Shown here: piece after piece, positions 8,690 through 19,523 of the stretch
Layout: each line of letters begins with the position of its first letter
Numbering within the stretch: position 1 is the first letter of the stretch
Sequence record: NC_041916.1
Length of the DNA stretch: 64,000 bases
Direction: 5' to 3' (one strand)
Notes under the pieces: generated by a model
What the model was told of the DNA's origin: nothing
The model's database searches: none
The model's input: the letters and a program-made list of their open reading frames with translations, nothing else
Program-made: the position numbers and the translations under genes

Positions 8690-10774
8690 ATGTTTAGTGG
8701 GTTATTCGGACCGGCCATAGAAGTTGAAGCAGGTCGGACCGTAATTAGTGGTGTGTCATGGCGACACTTAGAACAAGATTTAATCAGACTCTATGGCACC
8801 ACGACTATTTCGAAGTACATGTTAAGTCGAATTAATTCTCGTAAATTCGAAGTTAAGTCCTTTTTCCTTTTGGAACTCAATCACCTAATAACTAGACTAC
8901 TACAGTTAAAAACCACACGAACCAATCGTCGTGATCTTTCTAAGTTATTAGAGTTGATCCAACAGGAAACATGGATCCAAGATACGTTATTGTCAAAGGC
9001 TACCACGTTTGACTTTAAGGCTATGCAAAAACGTGTGAAGCTCAAACCATTAGAACCTCAGTTACGTTTCTTAGAAACTTACCCTGTTCGTAAATCATCG
9101 TACCACCTTAAAGGATTGTTGTTAGATGGTCGTGCTGGCTCGGGTAAGACGTCGCTATCGTTGATGTGGTCAGAGTCTCTGCCAAAGGGTAAGACCGTGG
9201 GTTTTGTTCCACTTAACGTTATTGATGAAGTGTGGGGTAACCACATGACTAATAACATTAAGCATGAAGTTTGGCACACTCCACCGAAGTACTGGTCTAC
9301 CAAGATGGACCGTCCACCGTCAAAAGATGATGAATACTACTTCTTCCACTACGACTTCATGTTGAACCCGCTGTGTGAGAAATACCTTCGTCAGATCGAA
9401 CAGTGGAACCGTGGCAACCCTGCGTTTAAAATGATCATCGATGAATGTCATAACTTCAACGACCCGAACTCTAAACGTACTAAGAAGCTTATCCAGTTTA
9501 ATGAAGAACTGGGCTTCACTGACACGCTACCGATGTCTGGCACTCCGATTAAAGGCCTCGGTAAAGAATCGTACGCCGTGTTCTGTTTGATCGATAACTT
9601 CTTTAAGGGTAATGTCCGAAAAGCCTTCCTAGACGGTTACGGGCGCTCTCGTGACAAACTGAACGAATTGCTCGCTCACCGTATCGGTGCAGAAAAATAC
9701 ACCATCTCGGTATTGAGCGGATTGGGTGACGCGCCAGAAGCAGAACGTGTTAAAGTTCAAGTCCCTCATGCGGAGCACTTCACCTTAGACGCTGTACGAA
9801 ATCAGATGAAGACGTACATCCAAGACCGTTACACTTATTACAACAAAAATATGGACAAGTACATCAACTACTTTAACCAAGTGATTGATGACTATCGTCA
9901 TTATTGTACCAAGCGTAACGATCAGCAAGCTTTGACCGAACTAGATGAATACTTACGCATCGTGAACAAATTCCGTCGTGATGGTTACAACAACTTCACT
10001 GACGCAGAGTTATCTAAGCGTGCTAAGAAGATCGAACTCGACATCGAAGAATGGATGCCACCTAAGGAACGCAAACATTTCCGTAATGCTAAGTCCATCG
10101 TCAAGTACGTTGGTCTGAAGATTCAAGGTGAAGCGTTAGGTAACGTCTTGGGTAAAGCTCGTATCGAAGCGGTGAAAGCGTTGGTGGAGTACGCGGAACT
10201 ACCGAAGTACATTGATCATGTAGAGAAGAAAACCCTTATCTTTACTGATCACATCGACGTGGTCTACGAGTGTGAAGACCAACTGAGCCAACAAGGTTAC
10301 GACACGATCTTCATTCACGGAGAGAACACCAACGAACGAGATAAGCTGGTTAAAGAGTTCGAAGAGAAAGAATCGAAGAACCCATTGATCACGACGTTCA
10401 AATCGTTGTCCACCGGCTATCCGCTGATCATGGCAAACCAAGTGTTGTGTATGAACGCTCCGTGGCGTGATTACATCTTGACACAAACCATCGCTCGTGT
10501 TCACCGTCAAGGTCAAACTGCACCATGTTTTGCTTACATCTTTGAGCTAGACACACAAGGTCGTGACAACGTTACGAGTCGTAACATTGATATCATGGCG
10601 TGGTCTAAACAACAAGTAGAAGAAATCATGGCGGTACAACATGGTGAAGACGTTACATTGGTGGGTGTATCGGGTATGGAACAACTGTTCGATGATGAAC
10701 ATGAATTGTGGGATGAGCACTTGTTACCGAAAGGTTACGGTGAACTGATGAACACAATCATGGACATGTTTTAA
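8690..10774 (+). CDS. SNF2-family (SF2) helicase/ATPase, phiKZ-type
   Basis: Walker A GRAGSGKT, DECH box, motif III MSGTP, motif VI QTIARVHRQGQ. Confidence 0.9.
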   Translation: MFSGLFGPAIEVEAGRTVISGVSWRHLEQDLIRLYGTTTISKYMLSRINSRKFEVKSFFLLELNHLITRLLQLKTTRTNRRDLSKLLELIQQETWIQDTLLSKATTFDFKAMQKRVKLKPLEPQLRFLETYPVRKSSYHLKGLLLDGRAGSGKTSLSLMWSESLPKGKTVGFVPLNVIDEVWGNHMTNNIKHEVWHTPPKYWSTKMDRPPSKDDEYYFFHYDFMLNPLCEKYLRQIEQWNRGNPAFKMIIDECHNFNDPNSKRTKKLIQFNEELGFTDTLPMSGTPIKGLGKESYAVFCLIDNFFKGNVRKAFLDGYGRSRDKLNELLAHRIGAEKYTISVLSGLGDAPEAERVKVQVPHAEHFTLDAVRNQMKTYIQDRYTYYNKNMDKYINYFNQVIDDYRHYCTKRNDQQALTELDEYLRIVNKFRRDGYNNFTDAELSKRAKKIELDIEEWMPPKERKHFRNAKSIVKYVGLKIQGEALGNVLGKARIEAVKALVEYAELPKYIDHVEKKTLIFTDHIDVVYECEDQLSQQGYDTIFIHGENTNERDKLVKEFEEKESKNPLITTFKSLSTGYPLIMANQVLCMNAPWRDYILTQTIARVHRQGQTAPCFAYIFELDTQGRDNVTSRNIDIMAWSKQQVEEIMAVQHGEDVTLVGVSGMEQLFDDEHELWDEHLLPKGYGELMNTIMDMF

Positions 10775-10788
10775 AAAATAAACTTAAT

Positions 10789-10823
10789 AATAACTACCTA
10801 CCCGCTGAGGGTAGGTAGTTATT
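10789..10823. terminator. bidirectional terminator between convergent genes
   Basis: AATAACTACCTACCC/GGGTAGGTAGTTATT 15-bp stem with A/T flanks on both sides. Confidence 0.85.
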
Positions 10824-10843
10824 TACGCATTTTAAGCTTTTTT

Positions 10844-11347
10844 TTATTTTCTTACGAGTCCTGCACCCAAATCCATGATAGGTTTGAACGCTGTCGTGGT
10901 TACTTCTTTGATGCCACGAGTGGTGAACGTTAATGACTCATCACGTTGACTGGTTACCGTTAGGGAATTCAAAGTGAAGTCTAACGTAGTGAAGAACAAC
11001 GAACCAGACATAATGAAATCCGGACGGTATAGATCAACCAGCGTAGAGATGCAAGTACGTGGTGCGCGACTCAATTGGTAAAGGCCTTTAGGGTCTAGGA
11101 TGTAAATACCTAATGCAACTTGAGTTAGGTTAGTCTCGTCCCAGTTACCGAAGCCTGCGAATTGATCTAAGAACTTACGTGAATAACGACGACGAATAGT
11201 GCGTGTTTCATTACCGTCGTTTAACTCGATGGTTAATGAAACACGAGCTCCATCATAATCAGCACGAATGGAAGATTGAGTCATGGTCACCAGAGAAAAT
11301 GTGCGACCAACAAAGCTTTGGATAGGTAGTAGTGTTTTGATAGACAT
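10844..11347 (-). CDS. hypothetical protein
   Basis: 167-aa ORF, AAGGA SD. Confidence 0.8.
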   Translation of the reverse strand: MSIKTLLPIQSFVGRTFSLVTMTQSSIRADYDGARVSLTIELNDGNETRTIRRRYSRKFLDQFAGFGNWDETNLTQVALGIYILDPKGLYQLSRAPRTCISTLVDLYRPDFIMSGSLFFTTLDFTLNSLTVTSQRDESLTFTTRGIKEVTTTAFKPIMDLGAGLVRK

Positions 11348-11359
11348 GGAATAATCCTT

Positions 11360-11821
11360 CTATGAATTAGGGTAAAATACACTGGCTTCGAGTTTGTTAG
11401 GTGACCAGTGATCTAAAATGATGGTAAGGGGGTGTTCGCCTTTAACATGGAACTGTATATAACGGTCGTCAGTTAACCTCAGAGAGGCGAGACGGTTACG
11501 GTAAGGTAAAGACCACACTTTTTGTTTATAAGGGTTTAGAAGCGTTTTTAACACGCTTAAAACGAAACGGTACGAACGACGACTGTTATCCTGATAAAGT
11601 CTGTCATTGGTAAGCCATTCGAAATAGATGGCAATTAAGTCATCGCTGCTTACTGGTCGAGCGACGGAAAATGGCATGGATTTAACACGTTGGTTCCCCG
11701 AACCCGAGGAACCAACATAACCTATTAACTTACCATTTTCTTTTTTCACCTCACACCAGTACTGTCCGTTTTGATATCGAGTCAATTCGTCATCAATAAC
11801 GGGATCAAGTCCGATGTGCAT
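11360..11821 (-). CDS. hypothetical protein
   Basis: 153-aa ORF in a tight operon. Confidence 0.8.
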   Translation of the reverse strand: MHIGLDPVIDDELTRYQNGQYWCEVKKENGKLIGYVGSSGSGNQRVKSMPFSVARPVSSDDLIAIYFEWLTNDRLYQDNSRRSYRFVLSVLKTLLNPYKQKVWSLPYRNRLASLRLTDDRYIQFHVKGEHPLTIILDHWSPNKLEASVFYPNS

Positions 11822-11824
11822 GGT

Positions 11825-12346
11825 TTAGTTTCCTAAGTCGGTGATCTTTAGAACAAAGGAAGTTTTTGGTGTATGTGGAAAAGAAATGATTCCACTAACG
11901 CCAATGCGAGAGCCTTCAGGAAGTTGATTGTGCAACTCCGTAACAAAGCGTTCGTGTAGGGCATCCCCAGTGAAGTAGTGTTCGTCTTCTTGCTTAGCCA
12001 AACGATACGCTTCGATACATAGGTGACGGAAGTAGTCTTCACGAATCACGTTTTGTAAAGGCATCTTGATCGGGAGTTCGCGTTCGTTGTGACCACGACC
12101 TAAAGTCAGTTTGCTGCACAGACTTGGTTTAAACTCAGATAAGTTAATTTCCAGTTCGATGTAGTTGCTGACAGACAGATCTTGCTTTCCAGCCATTGGT
12201 TGAATAAAACGCTTCAAATTGTAGCGAGCCGATTTAAGATGAGTGGCTAGGTTGTTTAATCGCTTTACACGATCATTATTACGGAACCCTACTACTCCAG
12301 CCGAGAAATCAGAAACGACTTTATTAAAAATTTGTTCTTGGTTCAT
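11825..12346 (-). CDS. hypothetical protein
   Basis: 173-aa ORF, AAGG SD. Confidence 0.8.
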   Translation of the reverse strand: MNQEQIFNKVVSDFSAGVVGFRNNDRVKRLNNLATHLKSARYNLKRFIQPMAGKQDLSVSNYIELEINLSEFKPSLCSKLTLGRGHNERELPIKMPLQNVIREDYFRHLCIEAYRLAKQEDEHYFTGDALHERFVTELHNQLPEGSRIGVSGIISFPHTPKTSFVLKITDLGN

Positions 12347-12365
12347 GGTTAAAAACCTTACATAA

Positions 12366-12821
12366 TTAGCTTGCCTTAGGGAGCAAGACTTGTGTAAAAA
12401 TACGTCCGTAGTAACATGGGTGGTTTAGTACCCAACGTCCTTCCATACGCTCTGGTTTAAAGAGCAATTGTTCTTCAGTGAACTTCGTACCTAAGATACG
12501 GTTAACGTCCTCTAAAGAGTGGTTAGGTTTAACCGCGATGTAGTGGTGCATGATTTTGCCATCGTAGTAAACCCCTTCTTGTTCAGCGTCATCTCGAGAC
12601 AAAAAGCCACCAGAGAGACTTTCAAGTTGTTTAGTAATGCTAGTGCGTTTCCAAGCCAACGGAATACGTTTACCGTTTAAGAAGCCTTCCGCAGTAAAAC
12701 GGTCTGGATAGTCAGCGTTCTGCTGGATCGTGTCTAGGTCAACATTAAATTCACCCGTCAGGACCTCAGGATTACGCTTACCTACCAGACCTTGAATTGC
12801 TGTTACTAAAGAAGTTTTCAT
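12366..12821 (-). CDS. hypothetical protein, possibly virion-associated module
   Basis: 151 aa; EDVNRILGTKFTEEQL resembles EEIQTLLGFRFEPGEL in the N-terminal region of the 1423-aa Ig protein. Confidence 0.75.
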   Translation of the reverse strand: MKTSLVTAIQGLVGKRNPEVLTGEFNVDLDTIQQNADYPDRFTAEGFLNGKRIPLAWKRTSITKQLESLSGGFLSRDDAEQEGVYYDGKIMHHYIAVKPNHSLEDVNRILGTKFTEEQLLFKPERMEGRWVLNHPCYYGRIFTQVLLPKAS

Positions 12822-12908
12822 GATGTGTACCTTATTGATTTTTATTGATTTTCTGCTTGTGAGAAGTGAAGTTTTTCGATCAATAAAATCGGTACACGTG
12901 GTGGAAAT

Positions 12909-13235
12909 TTATTCTTTCGGAATATCGCTAACAGAGATACCAACGATGTAGTCGTCCACAACCCACATGTATTGGAACGGACTGTCTTCCGGTATCAGCT
13001 CAGTACCATTCAAAACAATCTCGGTGTTGAAGTAATTCGTGATATCGGTGTGGATTTTAGCGAGGTACGGTTCCAAGTCCTTATTCACTATTACTGGTAA
13101 ATTGTCTTCACCATCACTCCCGGCACTGCGGATGATGATCAATATTTCTTTACCGTTTAGATGAAGATACTTCCCGGTAGGACGTTCACCAAACATCACA
13201 CAACTGTTTAGGAATTCGCTTAATTCGTTTTTCAT
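12909..13235 (-). CDS. hypothetical protein
   Basis: 108 aa, GGAG SD, overlaps upstream stop. Confidence 0.8.
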   Translation of the reverse strand: MKNELSEFLNSCVMFGERPTGKYLHLNGKEILIIIRSAGSDGEDNLPVIVNKDLEPYLAKIHTDITNYFNTEIVLNGTELIPEDSPFQYMWVVDDYIVGISVSDIPKE

Positions 13236-14239
13236 AGTTCTACTCCCATAATGGTACGGAACTGTTTAGAATACTTACCCTTACCCTCTGGCTCGGCAGA
13301 AGCATGTTTTAGGTAATGTCCAAAACATAAGTAAGTGCCAGCTTGAATCAACAAGTAGTCACTTGGCAACATATCAGTTGCTGGGTAAGTCCACTCTTTG
13401 GTATGCACGTTGTACGACCAAAGAACCTCACCGTCACGCTTGATCACCGCCATTAGATCAAAGTCAGGACGTTCGATTGTCATACAGTATTTGTGATTGG
13501 AGCTGCTTTCCACACGCCACGGGGCAGGTAAGTGACCATAGGTGTTGATGTAGTCGCTAGGACCTGACGCTAAACACTCTGCTAATGCTGAGAACCCTTT
13601 AGGGGTAGGGTATTCTAGGATGTTGTCTTCATAACACTGAGCGAGGTCTTCACGGAGCGATTTAACTAACTCTTGCCCCAAAGCCTCGTTGTTACGGAAC
13701 CACGATACCAGTTCTACACAATGATTCAATCCGTGTTCATTGGAATACTTAGTATGGATCAATTTCTCTCCGTAGATGGAGAGCTCGACTCGGTACACGC
13801 CGGGACCAATAAGGGTAACACTGAACATTATGTACTCACTTTTGCCGTAAACTAAAACGAACTTATGAGCAGGTTGGCGCTCCACCGACTTAGAACTTAG
13901 CCATTGTTTTAAAGTGACAACTAAGTCGACGTAACTGTTGGTCCAGTCTGGGTTACCATTAGGGACCCATTCTTCTAACGGGTGTGAGTTAGCATAGCGA
14001 GCGACCATACGCTCCATCATGCTACCTTCATAAAGATCAATTGATTCCGTATCCAACGGGTGGTCGTCGGCGTCGTGTTTGATCTCTACTCTCTCATTAT
14101 TAATCAACGCGCTTAACAACCACGTGTGGTCATTGTTAAACGTTACTGTTGAAAAAGCGTCTAAATGAACACTGAACGGTTTTGATACTAAATCGAGTTT
14201 GTGTTGGTTTTCAGAAATGGTCTTCGATAGAAGTTTCAT
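13232..14239 (-). CDS. hypothetical protein
   Basis: 335-aa ORF, AGGA SD. Confidence 0.85.
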   Translation of the reverse strand: MKLLSKTISENQHKLDLVSKPFSVHLDAFSTVTFNNDHTWLLSALINNERVEIKHDADDHPLDTESIDLYEGSMMERMVARYANSHPLEEWVPNGNPDWTNSYVDLVVTLKQWLSSKSVERQPAHKFVLVYGKSEYIMFSVTLIGPGVYRVELSIYGEKLIHTKYSNEHGLNHCVELVSWFRNNEALGQELVKSLREDLAQCYEDNILEYPTPKGFSALAECLASGPSDYINTYGHLPAPWRVESSSNHKYCMTIERPDFDLMAVIKRDGEVLWSYNVHTKEWTYPATDMLPSDYLLIQAGTYLCFGHYLKHASAEPEGKGKYSKQFRTIMGVEL

Positions 14240-14316
14240 AATCTTTCCTAATTAAAAAGTTGGATAAACGTAAAAGGTCGGAACTGACATGCCGTTTCCG
14301 ACACGCCAGCTACGAG

Positions 14317-15069
14317 TTATTTTAAAAGCTTTTTCATTAAAACATCGGTAGCAATCTCTTGCTCTCCCCAGAACTCCGGGGTAAGGTGCTTGTAAAGGAT
14401 TGCGTCTTGTTTGATTTGCAATGTTTCGTGTCTTAAGAAGAAGCTGTAAACCCCGCCTTCTCCACGATACAAATAAAACTGTGACTCACGGTAATAACGA
14501 GTCTGCGGACGTTTAGTGAACGTCGTCAACAAGTAAACTTCACCTAACCCTAATTGGTAACGAGCAGCCACGTCTGATCGAGTCACGTACCATATCAACA
14601 AGGACATGAAACGTTGACTTTGGTCGACCATGTATTTATCAACCACTTGTTTGTATGCTGATAAACCACGCTCTAAGATTTTCATACAACTTGATTCGTA
14701 TTCACGCATCAACTCTAATGTGATCTTTTGAACGGCTTTGATGATAGACTCACGGTTTTCCATCAAAGTGTGGAAGACTTCTTTGCGATCATAAAAGACC
14801 CCTAGAAATCCTTTCATCACCTTCACCATCGGAACACACCCACTGACCTTAATGGATAGGTCGTTGTCCAACCCACTTTGGTCTTTAAATACCCATGCTG
14901 CTTCTTTCCCTTCATAATGGAAAAGGATTGAAGTATCATCGGTGGCGTACACACGACGGTCTCGGTACTCGTTAAATTCACTGACGTAACCCGCTACTTG
15001 ACTTAATGCCAAAATGGCTTCCATAAGTGATCGGAAATCATGACAATAACTATTTAGAGTTGTAGACAT
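14317..15069 (-). CDS. hypothetical early protein
   Basis: 250 aa, AAGGAG SD, first gene after a promoter motif. Confidence 0.85.
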   Translation of the reverse strand: MSTTLNSYCHDFRSLMEAILALSQVAGYVSEFNEYRDRRVYATDDTSILFHYEGKEAAWVFKDQSGLDNDLSIKVSGCVPMVKVMKGFLGVFYDRKEVFHTLMENRESIIKAVQKITLELMREYESSCMKILERGLSAYKQVVDKYMVDQSQRFMSLLIWYVTRSDVAARYQLGLGEVYLLTTFTKRPQTRYYRESQFYLYRGEGGVYSFFLRHETLQIKQDAILYKHLTPEFWGEQEIATDVLMKKLLK

Positions 15070-15099
15070 TGTATCTCCTTATGTAAAAATGTTAACTCT

Positions 15100-15119
15100 T
15101 ACACTCAAGTAATATAGGT
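15100..15119 (-). promoter_or_regulatory. phiKZ-type early promoter
   Basis: minus strand ACCTATATTACTTGAGTGTA. Confidence 0.75.
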
Positions 15120-15129
15120 TTTAAAAAAT

Positions 15130-15157
15130 ATAAGGTAGAGGTTTCCCTCTACCTTAT
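15130..15157 (-). terminator. intrinsic terminator, GAAA tetraloop
   Basis: minus strand ATAAGGTAGAGG-GAAA-CCTCTACCTTAT then ATTTTTT. Confidence 0.8.
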
Positions 15158-15181
15158 TGTTGTTATAGTTAGTTCTAACTG

Positions 15182-18100
15182 TTATGCGTTAGTCCAGTTA
15201 ATGGTGTGGGTTGCTTTAGTAACATTAGAGCTACCGTCACCAAATCTGTACGTTACTGAACCTGCGCTATTTACACTCATCGTGAACTGTTTCGTACCAT
15301 CCGGACCAGAGCTGGTTACTGGGAACGGGATACCGCCGTTATCCCAAACGATAGTTTGGTTTGGCATTGGATCACCGTTTTGGTCAACTGTTGCTACCAC
15401 TACTGGAACGTCTTGTCCAACGATACCTTCGGTCTCACCACTTAACACTACGATCGCTGAGTAAACTGGCTCAACTACCGCCGCTTCCCAAGTCACCGTG
15501 TGTTCGATTGCAGGGATAGTGCCACGAGAGAATTTGTACGTCACATCACCCGGTTCTGTACCATCGATGTTAAGAATCAATTCACCGCTCGAATTACTGT
15601 TGCGAATCGATGGGTCTCCGTCACCGTATTGTACTGCAACGCTCTCGCCACCGATAGGGTCACCGTATTGGTCCAAGGTTCTTAGTGTCAACACCAGTTT
15701 CTCACCAACGGTTGCAGTGCTAGGTGGGTTGACCAGTTCCATGCTGCTGAACTTAGGTGGTGCTACCGCCCAAGTCAATGCCACGTCTAGTGAAGCATCA
15801 CCAGATTCAATCGTCAATGTCTCAACACCGTCGGTTGCTTCAGTTACCACAAACGTTGTACCTGTTTGTTCTACGGTACCTGCACCAGTGTAAGAGTAAG
15901 TTGGAGTCACACCAGTAATGATTGCATCTTTACCGTTTAACAATTCAACTTTTACAGCGATTGGTTGACCAGCATCCACGTCGTTGTCGATTGGATCAAT
16001 CTGGTTGATCTGTGTCGCCACGTCTTTACCCACGAAAGTAACTTGGTTAGAATCCGACGCTTCACCTGAAGTAAAGGTGTAGGTCTTGGTTTCTGCTACC
16101 GCGTGTTGAACGTTGAATGTTGCACGTCCGTTAAAGATAGTGTTGGTACGACCGAGTTCGTTACCCAATTCATCCGTCATGACGACTTCAACATCAACCA
16201 TGTTGTTGTTGCGTTGGTCACGTACCAAGATGCTGAAACTTAAGTCAGTATTGGTGTAGTGTGTAATTGGAGTAGTGCCTGCGCCTGATACCGTAGTCGG
16301 AACCATTTTCTCAACGATAACCGTTGTGTAAGGACCTTTAACCACTTTACCGTAACGTAGCGAACTAGAGAACGTTCCGGGAGTATTCGTAGTGTAAGAG
16401 CCAGCGAAAGTACCATCCGGTTCAGTGGTTACCGTAGTTAACACTGATTGGTCAGAACTTAGGATTAACTCTACTTCTTTACCAGACACGTCACCGCCAC
16501 CCGGAGACACTAAAGTACCTTGGAAGTTAAATGGTGTACCTTGCAGTACGCTTTCAGGGCTGAACTTAACCGCAGTGATGTCGTAAACGATTTCCGCCCA
16601 CTTGATCACCACATCACGACTCAGAACACCTGAGGTAATAGTCAGTGTCTTAGTTGCAACGACGTCAGAAGAAACTTGGAACTCGAACTTCAATGGGTCC
16701 GCTGAGGTGTTAGCCACTGGCTGACCATCTAGAGTCGCAGTTACTTCCGTTTCCATGTAGGCGTTAAACTGGTCTAAGATACCACCTGTGATGATTGCCG
16801 TCTTACCTTCAAACGTGTTGCTGGTTTCGTACTCATCGATCACATCGATTTCTACTGGACGAGAAGCTTCACGAACAGACAAGTCCGCTTCGATGGTTTG
16901 ATCAGGGTAAGTCAATGAAGTTGCCGTGATTTTGTGAGCACCAGATTGCGCAGCAGTCAGAGTAACGCTGAACGCACCATCTACATCACACACCGCATCG
17001 TGTTCTACACCAGAATCGTCAGTCACTTTAATGACTTCACCAGTCATGTCCATGCCGTGATCGGTTGCGAACTCACCCGTAGCCACGTAGTCTTCACCAA
17101 TAGACACTAAGATAGGAGAAAGACTGAAGGTATTAAATACCGGTGGAGTTTTCTCTTTCCAAGTCAAAGACAGACCAACGGACTTATCTTCTACGGTTAC
17201 GGTGTAGCTTTGATTCAGACTGTCTGTGGCGATGTAAGCTTCACCCGCAAAGTTGTAACCCGTTTCTGTTAAGGCTGAAGTGATTTCCGTACCGTCAGGA
17301 CGAGTCAGAGTTGCTTCACCCACAACATAAGGGTCACCGTATTGGTCAGTAGCACGACCTGCGATGTCGATGGTTTCATCCGTCCAGATTGGAGTAGGGT
17401 AAGTGCTGTCCATAGACAACGTGTTCAAACGAGGAACACGAGCCCACATCACACGGTGTTCAGCCGATACCGTACCCTCTGCATCTTCAAAGCGATAAAC
17501 AAATTCACCAACAGTGTCTTCGTTTGTTAGCCATTGGAATACACCTTGATCCGATGAGGTTAGGTCTTGACCCGCATCATCGTTCGTAAACAGCTTAAGA
17601 GCGACGTTAGGGAACGCGTCACCCAACTGGTCCAAAGTTAGACCACTAAGCAATAGAGGGTCGCCTACGACGCCTGAGGTAGGTAAACCATCATCCATAC
17701 GGATTTCACTGAAACGAATCACTAGGTTCCAAGTAAAGTCTACTGGTTCTTCTAGCGCTTGACATTTCAACGTGATGGATTCCACCATGGCTTCTGTTGC
17801 ACCCGCTGGACTGCTGATGGTCGCTACGTACTCTTCGCCATCGGCAACGTAAGGAGTAGGGTCACCACCTTCACGACGCCATGTACCGGACGTGCCCACC
17901 ATTGGGCGATCTTTGGTATCGTAGATCTTGAAGCGGAGTTCACCGTCTTTAAACAGTTCACCTTCACTCAAGATGATCTCGAAACGTCCCGGTGTTTGTT
18001 CGGTCGCGTTAACCGTGATCTCCACGATATTAGAATCGCCTGTCGGGTAGCTGAATTTCACTTGGAAGACTTTAGGTTCTAAGTCATCGTTCTCTACGTC

Positions 18101-19453
18101 ATAAACGTATTTAAGCTGACCGTCTTCATCTGGAGTGATCTGGTGAACCGCGTTACCGTCTACCATGACCGATACCTGCGCCGAAGTCATCGTTAGGTCG
18201 TCTTCGGATTTCAAAGTCGACGTTAAGGTCACGAGTTCATCTGCATTCACTTCGGTTTTATCTGCCACCAACTGACCAAGCACTAAGTCTGTCAATTGTA
18301 ACTCGTCCATGATAGTGAACGTGTCAGCAGCGAAGTTAAGATCTTGAGGAAGACCGCAAATGAATTTAACATCCATCTCACCCGCTTTAGTCGGAGTATG
18401 AGTGATGTCAAACGTGCCGTCTTCTAGGAAGTCGTATTCTACTGGTTCCACACCTACTTCCGTCAGAACGATCTTAGGTTGAAGATCGCCGTAACCCCAA
18501 GGGCGATTGGTGAATGCACCAGTAAGCGCACCAGCGAAGCGTAGTGGGAGACCTGCACGAGGTTTGTCCACTGCTACGGTGTATTGGTCGATGGTCCAGT
18601 GTTCATCCACGTATTCCACGGAATACACGTCGGTCACTTTATCGGCGTCCACACCAACGTTGACTTTAAGACGTAGATCATCTGTTGTCTCGTTAGCAAC
18701 GTCCAATTCCAAAGTATATTGGTTTTGATCATCCAGCGTACCTTCGATCACTTCACCATTACGGTAAGTCCCTACGAATTCCGCACGGAATTGTTTGTCG
18801 ATCGTTCCACCCATAATCGGTGCATCGTTAGTACGAGCTACCGTAACAAACTGTTTAGGGGCGAACGGGTTTGCTGCGAAACCGCCTTCAAAAGAAGTCT
18901 CGCGAGTTACTTCTAACGCTGTGCCGTCAGATAACGTACCATCCGCATTAGGTGTAATTTGATTTACTGGTAAAGAACCGTCAACAATCACTGACTTAAC
19001 ATTCAAGTGTTTAAGACGAAGTTCCAGTTCACCCGGTTCAAAACGGAAGCCCAGTAGTGTTTGGATTTCTTCTACGTCCATCCCCGCTTTGATCACCAAA
19101 CAAAGTTCGTTGATGTCTTCTACGAAGTATTTGCCCGGAACGATGATCTTCTTCAACGCTTCCAGTGAAGGAATAGTTGTAGTGTCTTTATCATGCAAAA
19201 CAGGAACAGTATCACCCGGTGACCATTGTTGGGTAAATTCGAATCCATCTCGACCAACAATCTTGATCTTACCAATGAAGCGTCCTGCTCCCTGATATGG
19301 TTCTTTGATACTTAGGAATTGGACTTCATCGTCCGTCAGACCCTCAAAACGGGATTTCGTCAAAGCGATCTCCGCTGGGTCACCTTTAGACTCTGCGAAG
19401 CTGATACGAATCAATGCAGTTTTGTCTAACAGGATTTGTCGAATGTGTTTCAT
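15182..19453 (-). CDS. large Ig-like repeat protein (probable virion fibre/decoration protein)
   Basis: 1423 aa; roughly a dozen ~90-100-aa invasin/Big-like repeats (DQYGDP, DQLGDAFPNV, DQNGDPMPNQ, G.Y.F); N-terminus shared with the next gene. Confidence 0.85.
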   Translation of the reverse strand: MKHIRQILLDKTALIRISFAESKGDPAEIALTKSRFEGLTDDEVQFLSIKEPYQGAGRFIGKIKIVGRDGFEFTQQWSPGDTVPVLHDKDTTTIPSLEALKKIIVPGKYFVEDINELCLVIKAGMDVEEIQTLLGFRFEPGELELRLKHLNVKSVIVDGSLPVNQITPNADGTLSDGTALEVTRETSFEGGFAANPFAPKQFVTVARTNDAPIMGGTIDKQFRAEFVGTYRNGEVIEGTLDDQNQYTLELDVANETTDDLRLKVNVGVDADKVTDVYSVEYVDEHWTIDQYTVAVDKPRAGLPLRFAGALTGAFTNRPWGYGDLQPKIVLTEVGVEPVEYDFLEDGTFDITHTPTKAGEMDVKFICGLPQDLNFAADTFTIMDELQLTDLVLGQLVADKTEVNADELVTLTSTLKSEDDLTMTSAQVSVMVDGNAVHQITPDEDGQLKYVYDVENDDLEPKVFQVKFSYPTGDSNIVEITVNATEQTPGRFEIILSEGELFKDGELRFKIYDTKDRPMVGTSGTWRREGGDPTPYVADGEEYVATISSPAGATEAMVESITLKCQALEEPVDFTWNLVIRFSEIRMDDGLPTSGVVGDPLLLSGLTLDQLGDAFPNVALKLFTNDDAGQDLTSSDQGVFQWLTNEDTVGEFVYRFEDAEGTVSAEHRVMWARVPRLNTLSMDSTYPTPIWTDETIDIAGRATDQYGDPYVVGEATLTRPDGTEITSALTETGYNFAGEAYIATDSLNQSYTVTVEDKSVGLSLTWKEKTPPVFNTFSLSPILVSIGEDYVATGEFATDHGMDMTGEVIKVTDDSGVEHDAVCDVDGAFSVTLTAAQSGAHKITATSLTYPDQTIEADLSVREASRPVEIDVIDEYETSNTFEGKTAIITGGILDQFNAYMETEVTATLDGQPVANTSADPLKFEFQVSSDVVATKTLTITSGVLSRDVVIKWAEIVYDITAVKFSPESVLQGTPFNFQGTLVSPGGGDVSGKEVELILSSDQSVLTTVTTEPDGTFAGSYTTNTPGTFSSSLRYGKVVKGPYTTVIVEKMVPTTVSGAGTTPITHYTNTDLSFSILVRDQRNNNMVDVEVVMTDELGNELGRTNTIFNGRATFNVQHAVAETKTYTFTSGEASDSNQVTFVGKDVATQINQIDPIDNDVDAGQPIAVKVELLNGKDAIITGVTPTYSYTGAGTVEQTGTTFVVTEATDGVETLTIESGDASLDVALTWAVAPPKFSSMELVNPPSTATVGEKLVLTLRTLDQYGDPIGGESVAVQYGDGDPSIRNSNSSGELILNIDGTEPGDVTYKFSRGTIPAIEHTVTWEAAVVEPVYSAIVVLSGETEGIVGQDVPVVVATVDQNGDPMPNQTIVWDNGGIPFPVTSSGPDGTKQFTMSVNSAGSVTYRFGDGSSNVTKATHTINWTNA

Positions 19454-19477
19454 TTTATTTCCTTAGTACACGTCAAA

Positions 19478-19504
19478 TATAAGTGGGGTGGACCCCCACT
19501 TATA
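19478..19504 (-). other. stem-loop between the two fibre-like genes (5' hairpin or weak terminator)
   Basis: TATAAGTGGGG/CCCCACTTATA 11-bp perfect stem. Confidence 0.55.
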
Positions 19505-19523
19505 AAATGACAAAAAAATAAGG

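Noticed and set aside
15201-18916. Plus-strand ORFs (for example 15498-15893 and 17759-18082) opposite the Ig protein
   Set aside because: Antisense shadows of a codon-biased gene; no SD and no independent protein features
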